55,893 nt of DNA, from contig JAUCBJ010006972.1 in assembly GCA_032718475.1 (NCBI GenBank), positions 1 through 55,893 on the forward strand, given 5' to 3'. Below, one piece after another: positions 1 to 12,232 of the stretch. Position numbers and translations under genes: made by a program. The notes beneath the pieces were generated by a model. The model was given only the letters and a program-made list of their open reading frames with translations. It was not told where the DNA came from and did no database searches. The stretch's first letter is position 1. The number at the start of each line of letters is the position of its first letter. The DNA is from Nemertoderma westbladi. Taxonomy: Eukaryota > Animalia > Xenacoelomorpha.

Positions 1-570
1 CGTCGTCGTCGTCGTCATCGTCGTTCTCGTAATTTTTTGAACGCTAATAACTTGGTTATTCATCGATGAAATAAAACGAAACTTGGTATGTATGTAATCT
101 GGCAAAAGTTTTGAAAGAATAGGAAATTTGGTAAAAACGAACGAACGCAACGAGTTTACAATGGATACGAGTATCCATCTGCCATAAATCAGCAGTTACT
201 CTCACAGTTTCGAGACTTTGCACAGTTATAAAGGTCGTTAGTCTCCGTTTAGGGAAATTATTTTAAGACAAAACAGGACGAGCGCAATGAGGCTAATGAA
301 GGAGAAGAGTATTGTAAAACTAAAAATGTCATACTTAACTTAAATAGCCCGAGTTAGAAGGTTTACAAATGACAGTTAAAGTGTGTAAGGGCAAACTGAA
401 ATGGATCTCTATTTTTACAACTAGTTTATCACAAACTGATAGCATCTCCTTCACTCATATATATTTTAGGAAACACAGTTTTCTTATATCTAATAGAGAT
501 TAGTATACTGTACTTTCTAATTTAGGATCTCGTGCTGCGCGAAGGCCCCACGAAGTGAGCGAGTGTCTTA
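1..570 (+). mobile_element. Helentron/DINE-1-like (HINE) non-autonomous element, 5' truncated by the window edge
   Basis: (GTC)n microsatellite, then an ATAACT...AAACTTGGTA core and a 3' motif CTCGTGCTGCGCGAAGGCCCCACGAA. The same 3' motif recurs at ~18770, ~19775 and inverted at ~14605; the core recurs at ~14510-14580 and inverted at ~16530-16580. Confidence 0.55.
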
Positions 571-714
571 TAAATGACCACTGCAGTCCATGTCATTCCA
601 TACTTACATTCATTGTTTATCATGCATTTTGAGGTTGTATGAATAGTAAAGTAATTTTTTTTCTTCTTTCTTTAGGAATTGCACGCGAAGTCTAACGACT
701 TATTTTTGTAGTAG

Positions 715-795
715 TATACTCCCCAAACGAAACTGGTACTAATTTAGCTCCCATAAAGGATGCAAAGCAGATATGGGCCCTGGCTAGAATTCGTG
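715..795 (-). mobile_element. Degenerate SINE fragment, possibly with a Meta-domain-like core
   Basis: Minus strand reads ...CTTTGCATCCTTTATGGGAGCTAAATTAGTACCAG..., resembling the conserved CCTTTCATCCT...AAATGAGTACCAG SINE core as remembered. Confidence 0.3.
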
Positions 796-843
796 CTAGC
801 AGAAGTCCTTTACAGCATTCGTGCCGAAACGAAAACTACCCTA

Positions 844-905
844 GCACCCATGCGGGGATCGAACCCACGACCTCTAGAAACAGATGTGTGAATTAGAGGC
901 CGATT
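844..905 (-). pseudogene. tRNA-derived 3' half (tRNA pseudogene or SINE head)
   Basis: Minus strand has GGTCGTGGGTTCGATCCCCGCATGGGTGC: an intact T-arm/B-box (GGTTCGATCC) plus an acceptor-like 3' strand. No matching 5' acceptor strand or D-arm was found. Confidence 0.5.
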
Positions 906-929
906 ACATTTTTACATTCCTTCCACAAT

Positions 930-1228
930 AGTGTTGTTTGGCGGCGCAGGTTCAAATCCGACTGAAGGCTGTACATATTTCACACTGTTGTGTCCCTAAA
1001 CAAAACACTTATTGCTTAATACATTAGTGCTTACGATAACCCAGCTGTACAATGTGAACTTGGCTTCTCTGCTGGGGGTAGTATAGAAGGGATTGGTTAT
1101 TTACGGACTATTGACCCTTGGGAGTAAGCGTGGCGCACTAACAGTCTTATAGGTAACAGCCAAGAGAGATGAGCATTCGGGTTCCCTACTGTATTTCACA
1201 CTCTCACCAATCACTTTACTTTACTTTT
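930..1228 (+). mobile_element. tRNA-headed SINE, CORE-like
   Basis: B-box GGTTCAAATCC at ~949; TGTGTCCCTAAACAAAACACTT...CCCAGCTGTAC resembles the CORE-SINE block; (CTTTA)n tail at ~1213-1228. Confidence 0.5.
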
Positions 1229-1991
1229 AAATAGAACCAATATTATCTACCCTAGAATTTCGAATGGGCGTTGTTCAAATTATTAACAGAAGCTAGCACG
1301 TATGGGTTAAATTTGCCCCATCCATCACTTCATGGCTGTCTGAAACTATCAAACCACTTGTAGAGTCGGTCTCAGCACTCCATATGGGTCAGTTCTCTGC
1401 CCTTCTGTTTCCACTTTGCCATACTGTATATTCTGTACACCGCTGCTACTGTAGGCTACTAATGAGGGGGGTGTGAGGGTGGTAATAAAAATATACCTCA
1501 AATATTGCGATTGCCAATACATGCCAGACTTGTCATATCCATCAAACATCAAATATCATTCTCCTCCCACCCAATGATAGTTTGTCAATAAAACATTCCT
1601 ATTCGTTCTGTATTTCTACGCCATTCCAATTATACAGTACTACATATATTCTGTCCTTGAAATCAGACCTCTTCTGTCCCCTGAAGACCGAGTTATTTCA
1701 AGCTACTTGGAAAGAGTACTTACAGACTTCAGGACCTGGACTCTGACGAAATCATTTGAACAAAGAATGGGGGGTTGTTACACAAGATTACAACTAACGG
1801 CAGCACTAAACATCAGCTGGAGACAACACATGAAAAACGCCGAACTTTATTTTAGTTTAGTAATTAGTTTAGAAGTTATTTTAGGGCACAGTGTTTATAT
1901 TTAAAAATATATATATAAAAATATATATTATAATATCTATATTTTAAAAAATTTGCAGTGAACTTAGGACTTTCTTACTACAACTGTAGCC

Positions 1992-2706
1992 CTATCTACT
2001 TGTAGCTACTAGTTCACAAACGTTTCCATTGGATATAGCATCGATTCTGTTACTATAAAACGCGACTCGTATGCCTCTAACCAGAATGTCTCGATAGCAC
2101 TTTGATGACGCGGCGTATATTAAAACGTTCCAGAAACTGTTGCTATAACCCAACCACAAAAACACAAAGTTCAACACAACTGGCATCTCCTCGTTAAGTA
2201 TTAGCCCAATCACTTGAAACACACCAAACGGTAACCAAGCAACCAGATACCCACCAACAACAACGCCTAGAACTAGAATCATACGTGGGTTAGATCGCAC
2301 GGACACCTGAGAAGGCCTCCCATGGTGAAAGCGGTCGGTCGCAGCTTGTTGCTCGCGGATAACGTTGGCGTGGCGACGACTAATCACGAACAAACGCGTG
2401 TAAATAACAATCATTATGAGACTGGGCGCGGCAATAAAGACCCCGAATGCTACGCCCGTGAAGTATACGTATTGGCGTTGGTAGAACTTTGGGTAGCAGT
2501 TACACATGGTCGGGTGGAAATAAATCATTCCCATTTCACCGTTAGGATTGGCAATAAAAAATGAAATTAAAGTTTCCATGGATACGAATATCCAAGTGGC
2601 AATTATTATAGCTATTGTTTTATTGCGTGTAGATATCCTTTCGAAAGTGAAAGTATATTCGATACTCAGCCATCGTTCAAGTGATACTTCTAGTAACATC
2701 AGGATA
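1992..2706 (-). CDS. Class A orphan GPCR (GPR21/GPR52-like), exon 2: end of TM3 to C-terminus
   Basis: Acceptor TTTACAG at 2713-2707. Translation has SLERW (E/DRY position), TM4 W, TM5 P..Y, TM6 AWLPF, and TM7 WLGYSNSFWNVLIY, close to GPR21/52 WLAISNSFCNCVIY. Confidence 0.9.
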
Positions 2707-3377
2707 CTGTAAAGTTGCCAAATAGGGTAGTCGCACTATCGAAAATTACAACTGAAATCTATAAATAATTTGCTTCATAATGTCATAAAATAATTATAAA
2801 TTAATTGTTGCTGATTAAGAAGGATTAACGGACATTCATTTTATTTAAAAAATGTTAAAGCAAGCAATCAATCACATTCAAGTATGAAAACAGCGATTTG
2901 AGAACTACAATTTGAATTACAGAAATTTAGAAGATAGTATTTTTAATAGTTTCTTTGTGAGAGTAACGATAAGAATAATAAATATAAAAAAAATCTATGA
3001 AAAAGTATCGGAAAGAAGCACTTTTTGTCATAAATTTTAATTGGGCGAAATTCAATTATTCCGTCCGAGAGTATGAAGTTTTGCACGAGTTGTCAGGAAT
3101 TTTTGGGTCTAACATTCCACCGATAGTGCATTACTCAATACGAAATTAGTGACAAGGAGTTCTTTCAGACACGTTTTTATTGTCGAATAGACTATTTTAT
3201 TTATTCGCCCAGGTGATATGAAATATGCCTATTATTAATGATCTAACCATCACTCCAACGTGATATATACTTCAGATTCGCAATTAATTAGAATAAGAAG
3301 CTGTTAATAAGGCCATAAAAGTAGGTAGGTACTAAATGTATCGGTTTATTGTGCGAAATACATATAGTGCCACTTCC

Positions 3378-3676
3378 CTGACGCAACAAAAGTGATTAGA
3401 CGCAGACCCAACAACTATACACCAAAATCCACCGAAAGGCCAAGTTCCCGTGACACTAGGTATAATTGCCCAAAGACAGACAAACACACCGACACCTAAG
3501 TCTGTCGCCGCTAGACTCAGCAGGAAAGCACGCGTTGTATTCCGCAGACTGCGCCATTGCCAGACCACCAACATATTTATTATGTTACCTAGGATACACA
3601 GCAGCGCCGTGGCCGTGATGAAAAGTGTCCGGAACACAACGGCACTCAGTCCATATTCCTCTATTGGTGTTGTCAT
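3378..3676 (-). CDS. Class A orphan GPCR (GPR21/GPR52-like), exon 1: TM1 to mid-TM3
   Basis: ATG at 3676; TM1 LGNIIN, TM2 FLLSLAATDLGVG, ECL1 WPFGGFWC. Joining at 3378/2706 gives ..FCCVSILMLLEVSLERW with exactly 25 positions from C3.25 to R3.50 and a 337-aa protein. Confidence 0.88.
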
Positions 3677-6129
3677 TGACAACGTAGTAATTTCTGTGAA
3701 CAATGAATAAATCGTCCAGTCACCTTCACTATTAACATATCTCGAGTTATTGTATTTTGGAATGTGTTATAGTAGTTGGAGATAATCACTCTGCCACATC
3801 GTTTATTAAACATAATAATTGTTATTCTCAAAATTGCCTTTCTATGCCACTGTTTGAGTGATGTTTGAGGATGTAAGATGCCGCAGATGGGGAAAAGACT
3901 CACATATAAATAAATACATAAATACAACTATTTTCAGGGAAAAAGTACCGTGCTACTACTGAAAGTTACATCTGCTATCAGAACCAATATCAACCATACA
4001 ACTGTCAGATAGCATATCGCAACTGTACAGTTGATCCAAGTCAATGCGCTGAATCCGAAAGTACCGGAAGGTAGACAACAAACAGTCAACAAACGAATTA
4101 GAGCCCTGCAGAGTCCAGAGGGAACGGGACGGGACGGGGCTCGTGGCACCTCCGTTCGGAAAATCCACCCAGACACCGGAACCGAAACTCAATATTTTGG
4201 ACAACGTTAACGTAGTTGGTTCTCTCTAACCTCTACCGGCATTCGGGATTCAGCTCGAGGTGGAAGAAAGGCAAAATTAAGAATTACATTACATGTACGA
4301 AAAGTTAGTTATGCAAGATCCAACTCAGAGTTATACTGGTAGTTGTTTTAACAATAAATATACAAATCAATAAATTCATATAATTAATAATATAAAATCG
4401 ACTAAAACTATATTTAAATTTATATAATTTTTATTCTTAAATTGTTACTTTTTTGCTCGAGTATACCACAAAATCGAGAGTTTCACTTTTTTACCCTAGG
4501 GAAATAAGTAACCCATAGGATAGCAATGATTTTAAATTTTTTTTCCAGCGTATAAAGTAAAATAAAATATTTTTGGTGGAATTTCTTAAATTTAATTCAT
4601 TGTGTTGAAAGAGATTCGACGTAGAAAAGGTTTGCATGTAATTTAATTATTAAATTATTAATTTGTAAAATCCATTCACACACTCAAAAGTTATAACAAC
4701 TTTAGTGTCTTCAAGACGAACTCGAAAACGGAACTCAATATCCAATATTGGTTTATCTTGTTAAGCGGATCTCTAGTTACGTATTAAATATTCGAGAACA
4801 CTAAATAATTTAACATTGATTAAGGCAGCATCAGGAGTTGAATGAAGCACGGCCATCCATCGTACGTAATACACTTACATTACGATGGCCTTGGTTGAAG
4901 AGTACAGTAATTTGAATTGCAATAACTATGGAAGCAATATTATACTGTAGTAAAATGCTACAGTTCAATTTATTTTGTAACACGATATGGCTCTATCTTT
5001 CAATAAAGAATTGAAGAATTGACTTTCATTAAAGAATTGAGCAACAAAAAGTACCAATTTAAGAATAAAATTACGTATTACATGGGAAAAAAAACGTAGA
5101 AGATTTTTTTTTCATTTTCTCTCGACCCTTTATTAACCTCGCTAACGCTCGGTAAATAAAATGAAACGGGAATAGTGAAAAAAGTTTATACTATTTGCTA
5201 AATAATTATATATTTATATAACATATACAGCATTATGTAATATATTATCACCTCTACATCAATTTTATGTCTTTCAAAATTTATGGAAATATTGAGATTT
5301 CAACATTATTTTTGAAAATAAAATATTGTATAACTGTATTAACCCAAACATTTTCCAGCGGATTAAAAATACGCTAAATTTACAATGAAGAAATTATAAA
5401 ATGAATTTCCACAAAATGTATTGACCAATCAAACTAAAATTCTCACCGAATGTAAAGAAGGCCTTTATTCATTGGCTGAAAATGAAGTTATTCATAAATA
5501 ATTTATTCACACAACAATCAGAAACTGTTTTTCATCATGCAGTATATTAATTCCCTAAATATACCTGAACAGATTCATGTCCCGGACAATTTAAAATTCA
5601 ATATGAATAAATTACTATGTAGGTATTAAGATTTATATGTCATCACGATGCGTAACCTGGCAGGTTGGAAATATGCCACTGTTATAAACTGGGAAATATC
5701 TGCTGTAACAAATTTATATTGGAAGTTTATGCGTAAGAGGAAGTGTGATACTTATTTGCGACAGATTTTTTGAAAATCGACTGAAATTCTACATTTCTAA
5801 CTAAATTTAATAATATAGACATGCATCATTAAACACTCAATTTTTATAATTTATTATGTCATCCTTTGGGCGTAGAAAGTTAGCTTCATTTTTGTATGAA
5901 TTGTTATATTTAACTGTCCGACTTCGATTATATTTTGGCGGGCAGACCGACAGGTTTATAAACAGACATGTAGCCATAAAATTTGAAAACTGCCATTGGA
6001 AATGAAATCAAAGAAGAGAAAAACACCTGTAGACATATTGGGCTGGATGGTGTGTTTTCTGATGTTTTGACAGAGAGACCAACAACCACACGCACAGACA
6101 GCCATATCTCGAGAAGTAAAATAGATCTT

Positions 6130-6350
6130 GCTAAGCCGTTTTCATGTCCCCTCCTCCTCACACCATGGAATCTAACTCCTTCAAGCTGGTAAATATAAGT
6201 TATAACCGTTCGTCCACGGGTACGCTTTCCTTGTGTTGTTTGCCAGAAAAGTAGATCTGGTTTGACCTCGTCTTTACTTCTCCAGCAGTGCCCACTGAAT
6301 CTCACTTAATCTGCGTTCACGGAGGGTGGTCGATACAGGTGGTATAGAAC
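6130..6350 (-). mobile_element. RTE-clade LINE 3' fragment (second subfamily)
   Basis: Translation RFSGHCWRSKDEV..LLFWQ..GKRTRGR..TYI..L matches the typical RTE ORF C-terminus. Confidence 0.7.
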
Positions 6351-6398
6351 CATACCGGCAGATATAAACTAGACTATCAACTGTCTTTCAAAGAAAGC

Positions 6399-8010
6399 TA
6401 CTACTATACTACTCAACTATAATCGGCCTGCTGCATTGAAACTGCACATTGAGATGCTATGCCAGCTTAACAAACCCAATTTGTCATCACCATGCAAACC
6501 AAAATTGGCAAGCCCAATGCAGCGTGCATTAAGAAAGCTATGCCGGCTTATCAACAAAATTGCACCACCACAACTCCCTATCACCAATTACTTTCGCTAG
6601 ATTATCCGCATCTTCAAGGCCAGTGTCCTTTAAGAGGCGTCTCACAAAAAGTCATAGGCAGTCCACCATGCTTATTCACTCCATGAGGCCGCCAAAGCAG
6701 AAGATTATGCATTGGCCGGTTCTCACGGCGAAAGGAGTATCCTGCAAAGCGGAGACGGCTTTGTTCTTGTGTCAAGCTTGGGGGAACCAATGAGACACCT
6801 CCAATGTTATATACTGTCTGGTTGTAGATGTGTGCATTGTACTTGACACAGTGAACCCGACCTAGCATTCTTGTGAATGTGCCATCCAGAGATTTGGTGT
6901 CCTCCGCAGTTGGAGCCCAGCATGGACTCCCATAGATAGAGTACTGGAACTACTGCTGCTCTAAATAATCGGACCTTAAGTTTCCGATGAATTCTGTGTG
7001 ATTTCCCCAGAAAGAAGGAAATGCTATTAAGTATTCGATCCATCCTCTTAAGTATTCGAAAGTCCTCACCTGACTTCCGGATCTGTGATCCTGGGTAGGA
7101 GAAGTCATCCACATGCTTAAGTACACCATCCTTAGAAGAGCTTATGCTCAAACGTTCAGACATTTCCTGAGAACTGTCAAAATTTTGGTCTTCATGAGTC
7201 AACAAATATATCAACACTATATCAACACCTAACAAGGCAGATGGTTAAGGGAGGGGGGGGGGGGGGTGGTACACCAATTTCGTCCAAAATACAGTATGTC
7301 GAAATAATTTTTATGATTAATTATAATGCATAATTAAATTGTGTTTACCAAATCTGAAAACCGCTATTTAATAGCTCTTTTAGTTTTCAAGTTATGACAA
7401 TTTACATTTAGGGAGACCTATTGAAATTACCATTACTATGTATAATGAAAGGTCGATGACCTCCAAATTTTTTTTTAATGAAATTGTTGACTTCAAAGCC
7501 CCCCTACTTCTACAATTTTTGAGCAATGCACCCTGCATATTTAGCCACCCTGCATAAAATTATCAGACAACTTTTTGAATTTTTTGTTAATAAAATTTAA
7601 TACTACAGTATTTATAACAAACATAAAAAATTAGCATAAATTTGCAGCGCCACCTAGCGGTGAAGAATTATTTTCACAAAATTTCGCCTGATTCTGTACT
7701 TATGTTGACCCATCTTTGATCTATCATATAAAAAAACTTTCATGTGATTAAATTCCAAACCGTAAAAGCCTTAGGGTTTTATATGCAACCAAGTTTTTTT
7801 ATTGTTAACTAGTATTAACTAATATTAATTAGCGAAAAATAAAATTTTTCTAACCTGTCATGTGGAATCGCATACATTCCAAATTATAGCCAAAACCAAG
7901 CAATTAACGCTGAGAGTGGTAAATCGAAGAGTTGTCGGATAATGGTGTACCCCCCCCCCCCCCCCCCCCCCCTTAGTCTACCAATGGCTGCTCAGGAGTA
8001 GAGTACTCTC
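6399..8010 (-). mobile_element. RTE-clade LINE copy 1 (RT C-terminus plus 3' UTR), interrupted by a MITE at 7249-7972
   Basis: Near-identical in reverse complement to 18860-19690 (HVDDF.Y.GS, KLKVRLFRAAVVPVL, RLRFAG, shared 3' UTR and (GTA)n tail); contains frameshifts. Confidence 0.85.
7249..7972. mobile_element. Kolobok-like non-autonomous DNA transposon
   Basis: TTAA before and TTAG after; termini G-run+GGTACACCA and TGGTGTAC+C-run; second copy at 25093-25564. A TTAA target with RR..YY ends fits Kolobok rather than piggyBac. Confidence 0.7.
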
Positions 8011-8622
8011 ATTTTTCTTCTGAGTATGTTCTATTGCGACCTGAACCTGTCAGCGTTAGTGCAGTACATGTCCCAGCAAATTAGCTGCATAGCCCATGAT
8101 GGGTAATGTGCATCAGAGTAGATGTGAGTAATGAAAATGAAACCCATATCAGACGCTAATGCGACACAAACCCTGTAGAATGGCAAACCAGGATGTGGTA
8201 ACCAGGATGATGCCCCAGAGATGAGTCAGCAAAAAGCACCCTCACACCCTCAACACCCGCTTATGAAATACAGCGAGTAGTGGAGGTCCGGCCACTAGGG
8301 GCCATTGGAATAACCGGGCAGAAATGGCCTCACAGGCGTAAGTTATCTCCAGATTGGCCGTCTGTTTTGGGAGAGGGAGAGGCCAACAGCTACTGTATTT
8401 GAGTCCCATTCCTGATGACCTTTCTCGCCCAAACCTTGAGTAACCATCACCAGGGAAGCCAGATTCTGATAGCGGATTCTGGAGTTTAGGCTTTTATCAT
8501 GTTGTGCCCCAACCCAACCAGCCATTGGTGAACCTGTCGCAAGTCACTAGTCTACTGTAGCCTCAGTTAACAATAACCTATCAACCTGGTCCCCAATGTA
8601 TTACGGGCTGGACCATGGACTA

Positions 8623-10422
8623 CCCAGTAAAAAATCCCCATGCGTAACGCATTCGTACCACATGCAGCATTCGTAAAAGGTGCGTGCAATGTTATTTAAG
8701 ATTCGTGAAGCCTTCGTCAATGGTTCGTCAGTCCGAATAATTTAACGAATGCGTATAGTATTCGTATCGCATGTGAGATTTCACTTGTAAATATATTCGT
8801 GGCTCATCATTCGTGGCACATGCGATACGAATGCTTCCACTCCACACAAAAAATAATTCGTGGTTCATTCGTTCATACCACATGCGATACGAATGCTTAG
8901 CCACGCCACGCTTAAAATTATTCGTGGTCCATTCGTGACGCATGCGATACGCATGCAAAGCACTCTCAATTAGACTACCGTACAGACTGTAATACTGACC
9001 AATCACCATTCGGCAAATAATCGAACATAGTGTTATTAGTTAGTAGCTCTCCCCCTTTGTTACCAGTCAGCCAGTCCTATGTACTTTTACTATATATTTA
9101 TTTAATGGGTTGCCCAGTAATTCTCAACTCCCATTTATTATTTTGGTTCCCCATTATTTTGGTATGTAAACCTGTTCCCTTTACCAACATGCTTGATATA
9201 CTGTAATAATCTAAAGGTTATGTACTGTAGGGTAGGTGAGATAAATAATGACAACATAAAACTACAGTATTAACGTAACGAACTACAGTATGTAGGCATA
9301 CTTATATTATGTAGGCACTAGGCACCCCCCCCCCCCCCCCCACCCGTAGTTTTAGCCTCTGTACAGTAGTACTCATTTCCCAAAGTTATTACAGTAGTTT
9401 TATGTTGTCATTATTTATCTCACCTGGCCTACAGTACAGTACCAATACATATTATAAAGCATGTGGCATTTTTATTAAATTATACGTGTGTATGGTGATA
9501 TTCTCACACAGTTTCTTAGGCCTCCAGGTCGAATTTGTTTAATTCGCTATAAAAAGCCATTAAAAAGTCTACTGATATACTGTAGCAGTTAATTACCGGT
9601 TACTGCTACAGTAGGCCCTTCACTTATTAATGGTAAAAAAATCTTACAGACAAAATACATCAAAGGCATACATTTTATGAGATGCATCAACATAATTTCA
9701 ATGTTTTTTTTACTATATTCTAGAATATTAATTCGTTTTTTTTCGATAATAAGTAATAAAATATATATATAATAATAATAAAAATATATATAATAATAAA
9801 ATAATATAATAATAAAATCATATAATAATAAAATATCATAACAAATAATAAACCATCAATAATAATTAATATAAGTATAATAATAACTATAACGATTTAC
9901 GTCTGAAATTGCGTGCTCTTGAATTATATCTGAACATTTTTTTGGGGAAATTGAAAATGGCTTTCATATTCGATTCGGAATATCAAGTATATTTAAAAAA
10001 ATAAAATAAAATGGACACGTTTTATCAGTTGTAAACTGTTAAAACTATGTAAACTGTAGCAAAATAATAAAAAAATAAAAATCCTGCGGTAAACATTCGT
10101 ATAACACTCGTAAAACATTCGTAACGCATTCGTATAGCGTGGGAAACATTCGTATATAACATGCGGGACGCATTCGTATCGTGTGCGGGAAACATTCGTA
10201 TCGTGTGCGGGAAACATTCGTATAAGATTAGGGACGCATTCGTAGAATGTGCGGGATTCGGATAAGGTTCGTATTACATTCGATATGCGAATGAAGGATG
10301 CGTATTTGGTTCGGTTTTCGCATTCGTATCGCATGGTTCATCTATGTAACATTTCAGAATGCGTTACGAATGCGTGAAATATGCGCCATCCCATGCGTTA
10401 CGAATGCGGATTTTTTACTGGG
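8623..10422. mobile_element. EnSpm/CMC-like non-autonomous DNA transposon
   Basis: TIR CCCAGTAAAAAATCC / GGATTTTTTACTGGG flanked by TA on both sides; many subterminal CATTCGTA/TACGAATG repeats at both ends. Confidence 0.75.
9216..9440. repeat. Internal foldback, arms ~55 bp
   Basis: GGTGAGATAAATAATGACAACATAAAACTAC at ~9235 is mirrored by GTAGTTTTATGTTGTCATTATTTATCTCACC at ~9394. Confidence 0.8.
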
Positions 10423-12232
10423 TAATTAGTTGGCGTCATATTATTTGATTGAGTTAGATACTTTACTGTATACTGTATATAAAATAAACCAACAAACAAT
10501 AAACCCGTTCACTATCTAAAGAGCTGCTCTGTGATTGGCATTTGTGTTTTCATAAAACAAATCATATTAATATTGTGGTTACTATAATATTAATTATATT
10601 CATCCTTTTCATGGGATTCATTATAGTTACTGTACTGTAACAACTTTCCCGCAAATAATCTCACACTTTAGCCTACAATGGCTACCATCAATCGAGAATA
10701 CTCATGTTTCAGATCTTTTTGTCTTTGTTACTGAGTCTTCCTACCTATAGGCCGCTACGATTTGCTACGTTAGGAGGATATAACCAGAACGCCGATATGG
10801 GGCACTTATACAATAACCAGAAGGATAAGGGTGTTGTATCTTAGCAACATATTCTGAGAGGGATATTCAAATATTCTCTACATTCGCTGTAGTTAAATTC
10901 GATTTAGATTTGTGATATCTTGTTTGTTTAGATAATTTGTGTACCGGTAGCTGTAGCCTACTCACTACACACTGCTACTGTACAGAGCCTTGTACAAAGT
11001 CGAAATGTTTGTCTTCTACAATAGTTAATTACTTAAGTATTTACATGTACTGTACATAAAATTCAGATACAGCACATACATGAATATCTATATACACTAT
11101 ACAGTATCAGTATTTAGCATAGGCCTACTGCACTTACATCTACTGTATATTTACTGCATTATTCAGATCCATGGATAGATACGTATAGTAGGCCTACAGT
11201 ATGCAGGCCTATTTATTGTCATTTTAGCAATTGGCTCATTAGGAATCATGAACTGCACTGACGTTTGCTTTGTTATGAAACTCTGTACTACACTCCGACA
11301 ATAATCGAAAAATTATCTGATTCTATGTAGGCCTACTGTACCCCACATTCTGTAAAACCTACATTAACTGTACCGGTACAACATTTCATTTTAATGTTAC
11401 TGTACAACATTACGTTTCTGAATGCAACCCCATTCATTTTCCTTGCGCCATACCCATCCCATATTGCTCTGAGTCAAATGCACCATCCCATTTGATACGT
11501 ACAGTAGTAGTTGTTGTAGGCCTAATTGCCTAACATGAACTGGTTAGGTAACAGCTGCACTTTGTATACATATGAGATGAGAGGCTTATTTTATATCCCT
11601 ACAGTCCTAAATTACTTTATCTTCGTTTCGTGCAGCTTATTCTACTGTACTGTCCAACTAATGTACTTTGATATCCTTACAGTTTAAATTATGATTTAGC
11701 CTAACGCAACTATTGTATTGCGTATTGCACACAAGATGGACTAAAATACTATGTATGCTGGCTGCGTGCTGCGAATTACTGTAACAGTAGCTCCTATATC
11801 TGTATACTGTATATTACTTACTACATTAATGACAAGATTGTTTCACAAGCTTGTTTTCATTATCTTAAATTTATTAAATTATAATGTTATTGAATGTAAA
11901 ACTAATAAAAATTAAGCAGGAATTTCGAATCCCAACAATGGCTTAATATGAAATAATGAAATATATGATATCATAATATTACCGACGTGAAGGCAAAGAG
12001 GTCTGTTTTTACGCCTCCATCATATTTCCAGTAAGTTGTTCTATTGTACCACACCCATATGCCGTATCTACGGTATTATTATTTGTACAATAGTATAGAT
12101 TAGCTCTAGGCTACTAATACAGTAGTATAGGCCTATAACATGTTTTGCTTGTTTGTTTCGAAATCGTTTCGAAGCAAACATAAATCCACATCCAACTCAA
12201 ACTGCAAAACCAAATGGTGGCGACCCAAAATA

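Noticed and set aside
844-905. Functional intron-containing or suppressor tRNA
   Set aside because: The 5' acceptor strand, D-arm and A-box are missing.
1672-1735. Second hammerhead (CTGAAGA...GAAA..AGTACT)
   Set aside because: Stem II overlaps the G of GAAA and stem I does not pair adjacent to the core; at best a decayed relic.
3332-3377. ORF-track extension EVALYVFRTINRYI as GPCR coding sequence
   Set aside because: It reads into the intron and stops; the true TM3 continuation is in the 2706 exon.
9993-10334. YEC-repeat ORFs (also 8728-9009)
   Set aside because: Translation of CATTCGTA subterminal repeats of a DNA transposon.
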